Assembly: GCA_964637115.1 (NCBI GenBank)
Contig: CAZWVL010000001.1
Span: forward strand, 1 to 64,000
Source: an uncultured Methanosarcinales archaeon
GTDB taxonomy: Archaea; Nanobdellota; Nanobdellia; Woesearchaeales; ARS49
Direction of reading: 5' to 3'
Length of the DNA stretch: 64,000 nucleotides
This document shows, in pieces, positions 10,235-20,253 of this stretch. How positions within the stretch are numbered: position 1 is the first letter of the stretch; each line of letters starts with the position of its first letter. The position numbers were made by a program, and so were the translations under genes. The notes beneath the pieces are model-generated. The model had not been told where the DNA came from and searched no databases. It was given only the letters and a program-made list of their open reading frames with translations.

Positions 10235-10900
10235 ATGATAAAAGCGGTATTATTTGATTTAGACAACACACTCATAGACTTCATGAAGATGAAAAGGCAG
10301 GCAACAGATGCCGCTTTAGACGCAATGATAGCATCAGGAGTAAAGTTGAACAAAGAGGAAGCATATTCTGTTCTGAGCGAACTATACGACCATTATGGAA
10401 TAGAACACCAGCACATCTTTGACGAATTCCTGATAAGAACACAGCAGAAAGTTGACTTTAAGATATTGGCGGCTGGTGTTGTGGCATACAGAAAAACAAG
10501 ACTTGTTCATGCAGAAGCATATCCAGGAGTAATGCCAACACTGCTGAAATTAAAACAGAAAGGGCTGAAATTAGGAATAGTATCAGACGCGCCCATATTG
10601 CAAGCGTGGACAAGATTAACTGAAATGAAAATACAGGACTTCTTTGACACGGTAGTAACGTTTGACGACACTGGAGAAAGAAAACCAAGCGCCATGCCAT
10701 TCAACAAAGCATTGGAACAATTAGGAGTAAAGCCAGAAGAAGTATTGCACGTAGGAGACTGGCCGGAAAGAGACATAGCAGGAGCAAAAGCACTCGGAAT
10801 AAAGACTGCATTCGCAAAGTATGGAGCTGTAAAGCCGATGACTGTAAAAGCAGATTATGAACTGGAAAAAATAGAAGATTTGTTAAGCGTGCTCAAATAA
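10235..10900 (+). CDS. HAD-superfamily hydrolase (subfamily IA)
   Basis: FDLDNTL, GIVSD, KP and HVGDWPERDIAGA motifs. Confidence 0.93.
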   Translation: MIKAVLFDLDNTLIDFMKMKRQATDAALDAMIASGVKLNKEEAYSVLSELYDHYGIEHQHIFDEFLIRTQQKVDFKILAAGVVAYRKTRLVHAEAYPGVMPTLLKLKQKGLKLGIVSDAPILQAWTRLTEMKIQDFFDTVVTFDDTGERKPSAMPFNKALEQLGVKPEEVLHVGDWPERDIAGAKALGIKTAFAKYGAVKPMTVKADYELEKIEDLLSVLK

Positions 10901-10943
10901 AATTGAGCAAACACTTAAAAATGGGGAAAAAATAAAGCGCACT

Positions 10944-11636
10944 ATGGATATCAAGCATAAAATATTCGAGCTCTTCGTCAAAAGCAAGCACTTGAGATTC
11001 TCAGACATAGAAAAAGCAATCGGCATCAAAAGCAACACGCTCACTTATTACTTGAACAGCATGGTGAAAGAAGGCATGCTGCAAAAAGAAGATGACGAGT
11101 ACATGCTCAGCACACATGGCGAAAAATTAATCCCGTTTTTCGCGCATATAACTCAAAAATTAACCGGCGGATGCCTACCGGTCGTATTGTCTGCGATTAT
11201 AAAAGACAATCAAATATTGCTGATTAATAGAAAAAAACGACCATACCAAGGATACTGGGGGCTTCCGGGAGGAAAGTTACACTTGGAGGAAAGCTTGGAA
11301 GAATGTGCCTTGCGAGAAGTAAAAGAAGAAACAGGACTGGATTGCACTTTTTCAAATATCGCAGCAATCGTGCATGAAAGAGTAAAAGAAAAAGATGTAT
11401 ACAAACACGCGTTCCTGCTGTTTTTTGTTGTGCTTAAATTGAAAGCAGGCAAGATCACAGAAAGCGAGGAAGGAAGATTAGAATGGTTCCCGCTCAAAAC
11501 TTTACAGCCGGAGAGAATAATACCATCTGATTATCAAATGATAAAGCACCACCTAAAGGAAATAGCTCACATTACCTGTGTCGTAATAGAAGAAAAAGAA
11601 GAAAAATTAATTTCTTACGAGCAGACTAAAACTTAG
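10944..11636 (+). CDS. Winged-HTH (ArsR/HxlR-like) fused to a Nudix hydrolase domain
   Basis: N-terminal LRFSDIEKAIGIKSNTLTYYL wHTH; Nudix box PGGKLHLEESLEECALREVKEETGL. Confidence 0.88.
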   Translation: MDIKHKIFELFVKSKHLRFSDIEKAIGIKSNTLTYYLNSMVKEGMLQKEDDEYMLSTHGEKLIPFFAHITQKLTGGCLPVVLSAIIKDNQILLINRKKRPYQGYWGLPGGKLHLEESLEECALREVKEETGLDCTFSNIAAIVHERVKEKDVYKHAFLLFFVVLKLKAGKITESEEGRLEWFPLKTLQPERIIPSDYQMIKHHLKEIAHITCVVIEEKEEKLISYEQTKT

Positions 11637-11925
11637 CTGCAAATTTTCCAACCAAGGGTGTCGGCTTCTGCTTTCCACTCATTGCGTTAACAACGCTGAT
11701 AATCCACAGTATGAGGACTACAATGTGCCAAATTGGTATCAGCGGAATCGTAATCACCAGAATAGTCAATGCAATAGAAATGACTATCTGAACAATGCCT
11801 AAAGCCAGCCCCTGCTTGCCATAAAACATTGCATATTTGTCCTTCTTGTTTATCAGCCATACCAGAATAAAACCGATAATTGGCAGCGTGCCAATAAATG
11901 CCCAACCTTTTGATTCTTTTGCCAT
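11626..11925 (-). CDS. Small membrane protein (DUF4870-like)
   Basis: Three hydrophobic helices, FYGKQGL and PTPLVGK patterns; AGAGGTG RBS. Confidence 0.75.
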   Translation of the reverse strand: MAKESKGWAFIGTLPIIGFILVWLINKKDKYAMFYGKQGLALGIVQIVISIALTILVITIPLIPIWHIVVLILWIISVVNAMSGKQKPTPLVGKFAAKF

Positions 11926-12031
11926 AATATCACCTCTTTGGCTATAGCAAGGAAAATTGCTTATTGCCTTTAAAAGGGTTACGGTTGTTACACAACATTT
12001 AAAAGCATATAAAGATAGAAGTTAATAAAAA

Positions 12032-13282
12032 ATGATGGTGTTTAATTACGACAATGCGCTGGTTTCCAAACAGAAGATACTTTCAACATCAAAAAAACTG
12101 GTTTCTGAAATAAAAAAGCTGAAAGAAGCAAAAGATTGGTATTCATTCGCGAGTCTGCCACTTGATACAAACACACTGCGCGTTGTAACAGCAGCGGTTT
12201 CTTTGAAGCAGAAACTAAGGCCACGATTAATTGTGGTGGTCGGAATTGGAGGCCCAAATCTTGGAACAATGGCGGTCCAGGAAGCACTGCTGGGCAAGAA
12301 CTGGAATCTCCACAATTCACCGCGAATATTGTATGCGGATACAGTAGATCCTGACGCACTGCAAGTAATAATTGAAGAAATGCAAAATGTGCTGCGCCAA
12401 GGACAGCAAGTACTGCTGAATGGAATCAGCAAAAGCGGCAGCACGACAGAAACAATTGCAAACTTTGAGGTATTGCTTAACGTTCTCAAAAGGCACAGGA
12501 AAGATGCAGAAAAATATGTTGTAGTAATAACAGACAAAGATAATTCTTTATGGAAACTGGCAGTAAAAAATAACTTCTCCGTGCTCGGAATACCAAAACA
12601 TGTTGGAGGAAGATATAGCGTACTCTCAACAGTAGGGCTGTTTTCATTAGGAATGCTGGGAATTAATCTAAAAGAACTTTTGTCTGGTGCTGCGTGGATG
12701 AGAGAAAAATGTTTATCAGAAGTCAAGAAAAATCCTGCGGCAATCGGAGCAAGTTTGCTGTACAATTGCAAGAAAAACATCTATGACAACTGGTTTTTCT
12801 CAACAGACCTTGAAAGTTTAGGCAAATGGCACAGACAATTACTAGCGGAAAGCTGCGGCAAAAATGGAAAAGGAATAACGCCAATAGTGAGCATAGGAAG
12901 CATAGACCTGCACAGCATGGCGCAGCTCGACTTGGGAGGGCCAGCAGATAAATTTACCAATTTTGTGTTCACGCATTTTAATAATACGTTGAAAGTGCCA
13001 TTTTATCCTGAATATAATAAATTGGTGCCGGACTTGCAAAAGAAAGAACTCAATCACATAATGCACGCGATAAGATCTGGTGCTGTTGCAGCTTACAAAA
13101 AAGGAAAGCGTCCGTTTACCGAAATTAAATTGGATGGAAGGAATGCACGCGCAATTGGAGCATTCATACAGCTCAAGTTGATGGAGACGGTATTATTTGC
13201 GAAATTACTTGGAGTAAACCCATTTGACCAGCCGGCAGTGGAGAGTTATAAGAAAGAAACGCGCAGAGTATTAAGTAAATAA
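12032..13282 (+). CDS. pgi: Glucose-6-phosphate isomerase
   Basis: VGIGGPNLG, SKSGSTTET, VGGRYSVLS, QLLAESCGK, NPFDQPAVESYK motifs. Confidence 0.95.
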   Translation: MMVFNYDNALVSKQKILSTSKKLVSEIKKLKEAKDWYSFASLPLDTNTLRVVTAAVSLKQKLRPRLIVVVGIGGPNLGTMAVQEALLGKNWNLHNSPRILYADTVDPDALQVIIEEMQNVLRQGQQVLLNGISKSGSTTETIANFEVLLNVLKRHRKDAEKYVVVITDKDNSLWKLAVKNNFSVLGIPKHVGGRYSVLSTVGLFSLGMLGINLKELLSGAAWMREKCLSEVKKNPAAIGASLLYNCKKNIYDNWFFSTDLESLGKWHRQLLAESCGKNGKGITPIVSIGSIDLHSMAQLDLGGPADKFTNFVFTHFNNTLKVPFYPEYNKLVPDLQKKELNHIMHAIRSGAVAAYKKGKRPFTEIKLDGRNARAIGAFIQLKLMETVLFAKLLGVNPFDQPAVESYKKETRRVLSK

Positions 13283-13999
13283 GCTCACAAGCCAGTCCCA
13301 AAAACTAGCCCAGAAACCTTTCCTTATTTTTGGAACTTTTACAAGCGCCTCATACGGACCAGGCGCAACTTTCTTTGGAAGAGTAACGTTTGCTGGCTGA
13401 GGCAAAGTAATGCTTGACGCGTTAACTTGTGAAGTCACTTTCTCTGCAGCATTTTTCGCTGATTTTTCTTTCATCCTCTGTTCAAAAAAAGAAGGAACAG
13501 AACCAGAACTTGAAGGGATAAGATAATCATTTGACACGATGTTAGACAAGTCCCTGTTGGCGAGATATTTTGCGGCAGCATTACGATCTTTTTCGTCAAG
13601 ACCTGTAATGAGCAATTGAACCTTTCCGTTGCTTTCAAACAATTTAATGTAGCCGACACTGCCGCCCAAGTCCTTATGGCACGGCTCAGGACTGCCCATC
13701 AGCTGATAAGCGGCCTTATTTTCACAAGGGCTTCCAATGACGATTGCATTATGATTGGAAATATTAGAAATCTCAGTATCAAGAGTTGAAGTTCCAATTT
13801 CTGTAGTAACGTTCTCAAACTTTGCAAGACTTGTAGAGATGATTGTTGCAGAAACCACATCCAATGCAGGCGCTTCCTCGCCCACAACATATTTGGCGTT
13901 GAATTTGTTGTTTTTAACAAAAAACTGGGGCCAGTCAGAAATGCTTGTGGCACTAACTACTGGAATAATCAATAACAGCGCAAGCCACCATTTTTTCAT
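13271..13999 (-). CDS. S-layer-like secreted protein
   Basis: Signal peptide; VVGEEAPALDVVSA and IVIGSPCEN patterns typical of archaeal S-layer C-terminal-like domains. Confidence 0.65.
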   Translation of the reverse strand: MKKWWLALLLIIPVVSATSISDWPQFFVKNNKFNAKYVVGEEAPALDVVSATIISTSLAKFENVTTEIGTSTLDTEISNISNHNAIVIGSPCENKAAYQLMGSPEPCHKDLGGSVGYIKLFESNGKVQLLITGLDEKDRNAAAKYLANRDLSNIVSNDYLIPSSSGSVPSFFEQRMKEKSAKNAAEKVTSQVNASSITLPQPANVTLPKKVAPGPYEALVKVPKIRKGFWASFWDWLVSLFT

Positions 14000-14052
14000 A
14001 CTGTTGTTTTAAGCCGCTATTTATTTAAAGATTGTTATTTATGATATTCTAT

Positions 14053-14658
14053 ATGAAAAGAGTGATGTTGCTTCTATTATTAGTATCCTGCACATATGAT
14101 CCTGATGCTGCTCGGTACGTGATAGACGGCGACACGTTTGTGTTGAATAATGGAGATACTATCAGACTTCTGGGCATTGATTCTCCAGAGAAAGGAGACT
14201 TGCTGTATGACCGGGCAGCATATGAATTGCAGCGCAGGATTAATGGCAGACAACTTGTTTTTGAAGGCAAGGAAGCAGACAAGTATGGCAGAAAATTAAG
14301 AGAAGTCTTTGCAGAAGGAACACACGTTAATCTGGAACTCGTACGCGAAGGATGGGCGAGAACATTCATGCACGAAAATTCGAAGTATAAAGCGCTGCTT
14401 GACAAGGCACAGGAAGAAGCGCGAAGGGAACGAAAAGGCATATGGAACGTAAATGATGAGAGTTACAAAAGGCTGAGTGAGAGGTGCGTAAAACTCGGTT
14501 GTCCAACCGGTACGATAGCAGTTGCAAGCAAATACGGGGATGTGTATTATAACTGCGCGTGCGGTGCAGTCTATATTATAACGCCTGAGAATTTAGCTTG
14601 CTTTACTTCTTTACAGGACGCGATCGCTGCAGGATTAAGAGAAACAAGAAGATGTTAA
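14053..14658 (+). CDS. Thermonuclease (SNase) family protein with C-terminal Ada-like metal-binding domain
   Basis: VIDGDTF, IRLLGIDSPE, DKYGRKL, NLELVREGWA, AQEEARRERKGIW; C-terminal SKYGDVYY..C..ITPENL..F....AIAAG; lipobox-like LVSC. Confidence 0.88.
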   Translation: MKRVMLLLLLVSCTYDPDAARYVIDGDTFVLNNGDTIRLLGIDSPEKGDLLYDRAAYELQRRINGRQLVFEGKEADKYGRKLREVFAEGTHVNLELVREGWARTFMHENSKYKALLDKAQEEARRERKGIWNVNDESYKRLSERCVKLGCPTGTIAVASKYGDVYYNCACGAVYIITPENLACFTSLQDAIAAGLRETRRC

Positions 14659-15101
14659 CGAACAAGGCCAGTAAGTTTGGTTTCAGGCCTTACATCGGGT
14701 GATTTCTTGATGTACTCAGGATACTTGGCACCGGGAATTAATGGGCCTTGAGGCGCGGTCAGTGAGTCTCTTGTCACGCCAGCTGGCATCAAACAGCACC
14801 AGTCCTTTGTTGATTCGTCCTGCATGCAAGGAAACGGACCATCTGAATTCTCAAAACCGCAAGTCCACTTGTCCTTGTTAGCAAGCATATACTGCTGGCT
14901 TCGTTGGATAGTCAAGGCCTGAGCATAACCCCTTCCGAACACAATAGGGTTCTCATATGCCTTTTTGAGGCCAGGACCATAAAGTTTGCTTCCATAACCG
15001 TAACCAGCAGAAGCTCCAGTGATGGAAGCGTCATTAAGCATTACAGCACCAACTGAAATAACAACAATTGCCAAAATGCCAACGATAACGTGATTTTCCA
15101 T
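14655..15101 (-). CDS. Membrane-anchored hypothetical protein
   Basis: N-terminal hydrophobic segment followed by SITGA; GGTGA RBS. Confidence 0.7.
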   Translation of the reverse strand: MENHVIVGILAIVVISVGAVMLNDASITGASAGYGYGSKLYGPGLKKAYENPIVFGRGYAQALTIQRSQQYMLANKDKWTCGFENSDGPFPCMQDESTKDWCCLMPAGVTRDSLTAPQGPLIPGAKYPEYIKKSPDVRPETKLTGLVR

Positions 15102-15162
15102 TAGTCACCTTTTTGTATCATTCAGAGCAGGCGGGTATATATGCTTATTGTAGTATAGTATA

Positions 15163-15246
15163 TGCGGACGGCAGGATTTGAACCTGCGAAGGCACTAAGC
15201 CACTGGCTCCTGAAGCCAGCCCGTTAGACCGCTCCGGCACGTCCGC
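15163..15246 (-). tRNA. tRNA-Leu(CAG)
   Basis: GCGGACG acceptor stem, CTGGC-TTCAGGA-GCCAG anticodon arm, long variable arm, GGTTCAAATCC T-arm, A73. Confidence 0.97.
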
Positions 15247-15281
15247 GCGAGAATAAGTCCTTTGATGACTGTATATAAACT

Positions 15282-15785
15282 TTATTCTCTGCTGAAAACA
15301 TCCTTTGGCTTCAGCAAGGTAATTGTTGCCCGTCTGTCAAAAAGCTCTATTCTTAGAATCTTTTGAGGATGTTCTGAGATTTTGCCCCGCAGCCAGGGCT
15401 TAATTGAATCAAGAATCTGCTCTATTTTTAATGAAGTCCTGTGAGGCAGGATTTCGATAACGTACTGGTCATCTGAAAGAATAAGATCTTTGATTTCTTC
15501 TTTAAAGGTGGTCTTGATGGCGTCTAAGGTGGCATCGCACCAATAATCAGCAGGAACCCACTTGATGGTAAATTTGATTGCATCAGGGTCGCTTGCTGCT
15601 ATATCGCGCAATTCTTCAATAACGTCGCGCGACTTGAGAACTGTGGAAACGCCGATGATTCCTGGAACTAATAATTCCTGCGTTGATTTCTGGTCGCCGA
15701 GCTTTGTCAGCAAATTATGAATTTCATTCTTGCCGGCAAGATAGCCGCCGGAAGAACTGTAATATACGATTAGATTAGGGTCCAT
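15282..15785 (-). CDS. THUMP-domain RNA-binding protein
   Basis: KWVPADYWC and HPQKILRIELF patterns and size match archaeal stand-alone THUMP proteins. Confidence 0.75.
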   Translation of the reverse strand: MDPNLIVYYSSSGGYLAGKNEIHNLLTKLGDQKSTQELLVPGIIGVSTVLKSRDVIEELRDIAASDPDAIKFTIKWVPADYWCDATLDAIKTTFKEEIKDLILSDDQYVIEILPHRTSLKIEQILDSIKPWLRGKISEHPQKILRIELFDRRATITLLKPKDVFSRE

Positions 15786-16858
15786 TGTTCTTCCTTCAAC
15801 GTGCCCTGTTTTAAAGTTTTCCTGTCAGCAAGGGTATGCACGCTAATGCCGACAAGACGAATTCTTCTGCCGTCTTTCAAGAATGGTTCGAGTTGTTCGG
15901 ATGCAGTTGTATGAAGAATTTTTACACTGTCAGTATATTCTTCCAAAGTTTTGCTCTTGGTGTGAGTGTCGAAATCTTCGTAACGGACTTTTAATGTGAT
16001 ATTTTTAAACAGGAAATCCTGCTCTTTCAGCTCCCGATAAATTTCGCGAATCATGTCGTCAATCATCGCCATGATGAAGCGCTTGTTTTTAGTATCACGC
16101 TCAAACGTGTACTGTCTGCCGATGCTCTTTGTAATCCATTCCTCGCTGACAGCTCTATTGTCAATACCGCGCGCCATGTTATGAAGATCTTCTCCAAAAG
16201 AACCCATTTCCTGCATAAGCATCTCTTTCGGCATCTTTACAACATCCTCAACTGTAATAATGCCGAGGGAATTAAGATGAGATTCTGTTTTTGGACCGAT
16301 GCCGTATAGGGCGCCGACTTTTTTAGGGTTAAGGAAATTTTCCACTTCTTCAGGACGGACAACTGTGAGGCCGTCTGGCTTGTTCTCGCCAGCGGCAATC
16401 TTTGCAAGTAACTTGTTTGGGCCAATTCCGACGCTGCAAGTCAAGCGCTCTTTTTCAAGAACTTCTTTCTTGATTAATTTGGCGAGCTCTATTGCTTCTT
16501 CGTAACTTTTGCAGCGATCGCTGACGTCAAAATAGGCTTCGTCTACAGATACCTGTTCAAACTTGTCAGCAAATTGGCGGAAAATGCGCATCACGTTACG
16601 AGATGCTTCGTAGTAGAGCGACCCGTTCACTGGCAGAAATACGGCAGTTGGACATTTGTGCCAAGCAGTAGAGATAGGCATAGCGCTCTTGATGCCATAT
16701 TTGCGGGCTTCGTAATTGCTGGTGCATACCACTCCCCTGCCTTTGCCTGCTTTAGGATTAGCGCCAACAACCACCGGCTTTCCTTTAAGTTCAGGATTCT
16801 CGCGCTCTTCAACCTGCGCAAAGAAATAATCCATGTCAACGAGCATTATGATGCGCAT
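15770..16858 (-). CDS. dinB: DNA polymerase IV (Y family)
   Basis: VDMDYFFAQVE, CTSNYEARKYGI, SVDEAYFD, SVGIGPNKLLAKIA, LYGIGPKT; start moved to ATG 16858. Confidence 0.96.
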   Translation of the reverse strand: MRIIMLVDMDYFFAQVEERENPELKGKPVVVGANPKAGKGRGVVCTSNYEARKYGIKSAMPISTAWHKCPTAVFLPVNGSLYYEASRNVMRIFRQFADKFEQVSVDEAYFDVSDRCKSYEEAIELAKLIKKEVLEKERLTCSVGIGPNKLLAKIAAGENKPDGLTVVRPEEVENFLNPKKVGALYGIGPKTESHLNSLGIITVEDVVKMPKEMLMQEMGSFGEDLHNMARGIDNRAVSEEWITKSIGRQYTFERDTKNKRFIMAMIDDMIREIYRELKEQDFLFKNITLKVRYEDFDTHTKSKTLEEYTDSVKILHTTASEQLEPFLKDGRRIRLVGISVHTLADRKTLKQGTLKEEQWTLI

Positions 16859-16912
16859 CACCGTACAGGGGTCCACATAATTTTTAAACCTTGCGCGCAC
16901 TTGTCCAGTGAG

Positions 16913-17656
16913 ATGAAGCTGCTTCCTATTGTCAAAGAATTGGAAAGTATGGATAATAAGGAAAGACTGGCATCCTTGAAAAGAATTCTTAAAAAGCACA
17001 AAGTGGCATTTATTTCGGAAAGATATGACGGCGGGGAGAACATAATCATCGGCAAGGGAAATGTTCTATTTGTTGCACATCATGATACGGTTAATGGCAG
17101 TCCCGGAGCAAATGACAATGCTTCTGCAATGGCAGTGCTTATTGGTCTGGCAAAAGCACGGAAAGCAGCCATTGTTATTTTTGATGAGGAAGAAATAGGT
17201 TATGTGGGTGCAGCAGCGTACATCAAGAAACATAACCTGCCAGAAGTTGTAGTTGATTTAGAAATGATGGGCAGAGGAGACATGATGGCAATCTGGCCAG
17301 TGGCTGAAGAACGGCCTTTGCTTGGAAAGATAAGAAAAGCTCTCAAAAAAGTCCTTCATTTTGAAGAAGCCAAAAAAGTGCCCATCTTCTGGGCGGATTT
17401 CACCGCATTTAGGGAGGCAGGACTGAAAGATGCTTGGAGCCTGACACTTGTGCCTTCATCTGAGAAAGAACTTATCAGAAATTTTGCAACAAACCCTTTT
17501 ATGACAACAATCTTGGCATTGATAGGCAGGATGCCTGACTTTTTCAAATGTTATCACTCAAAAAATGACAACAGCAGCAAATTGTCAGAAAAATCACTTC
17601 AATTATCACTGAAAGCGGTTATTTCTGTCTATGACGAATTAAAACGGAAGGCCTGA
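16913..17656 (+). CDS. M28 family peptidase
   Basis: AHHDTV, GANDNASAMAVL, FDEEEIG, DLEMMG, YHSKND zinc-binding motifs; start ATG 16913. Confidence 0.88.
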   Translation: MKLLPIVKELESMDNKERLASLKRILKKHKVAFISERYDGGENIIIGKGNVLFVAHHDTVNGSPGANDNASAMAVLIGLAKARKAAIVIFDEEEIGYVGAAAYIKKHNLPEVVVDLEMMGRGDMMAIWPVAEERPLLGKIRKALKKVLHFEEAKKVPIFWADFTAFREAGLKDAWSLTLVPSSEKELIRNFATNPFMTTILALIGRMPDFFKCYHSKNDNSSKLSEKSLQLSLKAVISVYDELKRKA

Positions 17657-18052
17657 ATGCACGCGCTCAGAGCCAGCCTGCCTATGCAGGTCCTTCAGAA
17701 TGCCGGCAAATGTCCTGTCTTTAAGTAAGAAAATGATTTTTCTGAAGCCCATGTTTACTTTCACGCCGCGCTGCTGCAATAAAGATTTTATTTTGATGCA
17801 CTTTTCATTGCTTTTCCTGTCGCCGTCGTATAACAGAATAACGGGCTTTTCCGTGTACGTGATTGCGTCAACGAAATCCTCAATAGGGTCCATAGGGTAA
17901 ACAACATTTTTGCATTTCAATGATTTCAGAATATCACGGCCTTTCTTGTGTTGGCAGACAATTAGATATTTCTTGCTGGCGTTCTTGATATGCTGCATCC
18001 AGTGAATCAGCTTGTCAATGTCACCGACCTTAGAATAATTCTTTCTGGGCAT
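17639..18052 (-). CDS. Small Toprim-domain protein (possibly degenerate)
   Basis: VILLYDGD DxD motif; the usual N-terminal acidic residue (IVEG) appears as IVCQH; GAGGTG RBS. Confidence 0.7.
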   Translation of the reverse strand: MPRKNYSKVGDIDKLIHWMQHIKNASKKYLIVCQHKKGRDILKSLKCKNVVYPMDPIEDFVDAITYTEKPVILLYDGDRKSNEKCIKIKSLLQQRGVKVNMGFRKIIFLLKDRTFAGILKDLHRQAGSERVHSGLPF

Positions 18053-18105
18053 GCACACCTCTTGAATGAAGAAGATGCAAGAGTCTATATAAAGATTACT
18101 TAATG

Positions 18106-18750
18106 CTAATTCTTTCTTACCCGCTCAGAATATTGCATTATTGCATGCTCGATTCCTCTTGAAAACATCATCTGCGGGTCTGCCAGCTTGCTTGGATGGC
18201 GTACTTCGTAAGTTGTTACCTTTTCATTCTTGAAGGCAGCCAATTTCGAAATGTCTAATGCATCCTCTGTGGGTTTCATAATTGTGTTGAGCGTGAAATA
18301 TATCAATCCTGGATATATTTTTTTATCTTGGACAACTATAACCTCGGCGATGGGTCCAGGGCCAAGGTGAGTGCAATTTATCAGGGTGTATTTCAACAAT
18401 GCATTCTGATATTCCGACTCTTGCTTTTTCAACCCCCCCATCCGTTCGCTTAGTTTGCTTGTTGTGTCATTATGCTTGCTTCTTGTTTCTATTGCAATTT
18501 GGGCAATTTTTCCAAACGCACAACGTTTACCTTTGCCTTCAATTATCATCAGGTCAGAAATGCTATATCCTGTATCACTTGGCGGCAAGTTTTTTACAAT
18601 GATTTGTTTCATTCCCTCAATCGACGCAGCTTGTCTTGAAATCTCAGCAGCAATTCTGCCGTAATGCTGTGAAAGCTCTTCCATTACCTGGGCTCTCGCT
18701 TCCTGGATTTTTAGCAGTTCAGCCTCCAACCTGCGTATTTCATTGTTCAT
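18106..18750 (-). CDS. Hypothetical protein with N-terminal coiled coil
   Basis: 214-aa ORF with upstream TATATAAA box; no motif recognised. Confidence 0.7.
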   Translation of the reverse strand: MNNEIRRLEAELLKIQEARAQVMEELSQHYGRIAAEISRQAASIEGMKQIIVKNLPPSDTGYSISDLMIIEGKGKRCAFGKIAQIAIETRSKHNDTTSKLSERMGGLKKQESEYQNALLKYTLINCTHLGPGPIAEVIVVQDKKIYPGLIYFTLNTIMKPTEDALDISKLAAFKNEKVTTYEVRHPSKLADPQMMFSRGIEHAIMQYSERVRKN

Positions 18751-18899
18751 TGAAACGTGAAATGATTGTTTCTTTATATACTTTTCAGTAGTGATTAAGT
18801 ATTGTTTTCTATATTGTAATTATATCGATTCCACGTCTGAAAACGAAACCATTATAAAGGGTAAAAGAAACCGTATATTCCAAGAGATAGAGAGATAGC

Positions 18900-19006
18900 G
18901 GGGCGGTGCCCCGATTGTTGAAACTGGTTCTATATGGGCTGGTTTCTAATGGTACTATCTTTCTTTTCTCTAATACGATAGGAACCAATCGAAACCAGGT
19001 TCGGAG
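18900..19006 (+). promoter_or_regulatory. Structured 5' leader of the DEAD-box helicase gene
   Basis: GGGGC-GGT-GCCCC hairpin (18900-18912) and long stem CTGGTTTC..CTATC / GATAG..GAAACCAG (18939-18998), ending just before the GGAG RBS. Confidence 0.5.
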
Positions 19007-19011
19007 ATAAA

Positions 19012-20253
19012 ATGAAATTTAGTGAATTAAATCTAAAGCCAGAGCTATTAACAGCTCTGCAAAAACTCAAATACGAAAACCCGACAGAAGTACAGGAAAA
19101 AGCAATCCCATTACTTTTACAAGGAAAAGATTTGGTAGTTAGAAGCAAGACCGGCAGCGGCAAAACATTCGCTTTCTTGCTGCCGATTTTGCAAAACCTA
19201 ACACCAGAAAGAAAATTACAAGCATTGATACTTTCACCAACACGTGAATTGGCACAACAGACAGACAAAGAAGCACACAAATTACTGCCAAACGCTAAAA
19301 CAGTGCTGTTATACGGAGGAGTGAGCATAGCCCCGCAAATGGACCTGCTTGACAGCGGTGCACAAATTGCAGTTGCAACGCCTGGAAGAGTACTTGACCA
19401 TCTGGCACGCAGAACCATAGACTTTTCAAACGTAAGATTTGTAGTCCTTGACGAAGCAGACAGAATGCTCGACATGGGATTCATCGACGATGTCGAGAAG
19501 ATTTTGCGCGCCACGCCAAAAAACAGGCAAACAATGCTGTTCTCAGCAACAATGCCTGGACAGGTAATCAATATTTCACAGCGCTACATGAAGGACCCGG
19601 AGACATTAATGCTCCAGCAGGACGAAATTACCGTCAAGAAAATCAAGCAGCGCGTATTAGGAATTGACAGAAAGCTAAAACTTGATCTTCTTATGAAAAT
19701 CCTGAAAGACAAAGATGTTAAGAAAACAATGGTTTTCTGCAACACAAAAGACTGGGCAGAAAGACTGGGAGATATCCTATGGAAAAAACGTTTTAATGCA
19801 ACCAGCATCCACTCAGGATTAAGCCAGAACAAGAGAAACAAAGTTATCTTTGATTTTAATTCGGGCAGGTACAATGTTCTTGTAGCAACAGACGTTGCAG
19901 CAAGAGGACTGCATATCGAAGGAGTCACGCATGTCGTGAATTATGACATTCCGCGCAATCCAAAGGACTATGTCCACAGAATTGGGCGCACCGGCAGAGC
20001 CGGCAAAGAAGGAGATGCCATCACGTTCGTGACTCAGATAGATGAGCACCTGCTCAGAGCGGTTGAATCAGAAATCCAGATGTTTTTGGTAGTGGAGCAC
20101 ATAACTCCAGAAGGCAAAATTTTGACTCCACCACGAGACAGGTCGCACTTGGAAACACCACAGCATACTCCATTGGCTCACGGGCTAAGATCAGAAGAAA
20201 TCAAGATACACACGCATTCTGACAGCTCAGGAGACGACTGGGGATTGGATTAA
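19012..20253 (+). CDS. DEAD-box RNA helicase
   Basis: Q motif, KTGSGKT, PTRELA, TPGR, DEAD, SAT, ARGL and HRIGRTGRAG motifs. Confidence 0.97.
   Translation: MKFSELNLKPELLTALQKLKYENPTEVQEKAIPLLLQGKDLVVRSKTGSGKTFAFLLPILQNLTPERKLQALILSPTRELAQQTDKEAHKLLPNAKTVLLYGGVSIAPQMDLLDSGAQIAVATPGRVLDHLARRTIDFSNVRFVVLDEADRMLDMGFIDDVEKILRATPKNRQTMLFSATMPGQVINISQRYMKDPETLMLQQDEITVKKIKQRVLGIDRKLKLDLLMKILKDKDVKKTMVFCNTKDWAERLGDILWKKRFNATSIHSGLSQNKRNKVIFDFNSGRYNVLVATDVAARGLHIEGVTHVVNYDIPRNPKDYVHRIGRTGRAGKEGDAITFVTQIDEHLLRAVESEIQMFLVVEHITPEGKILTPPRDRSHLETPQHTPLAHGLRSEEIKIHTHSDSSGDDWGLD

Noticed and set aside
15770-16999. ORF-track N-terminal extensions of dinB (to 16999) and of the M28 peptidase (from 16574)
   Set aside because: They overlap each other; family motifs begin at 16858 and 16913, with a TATA-containing gap between
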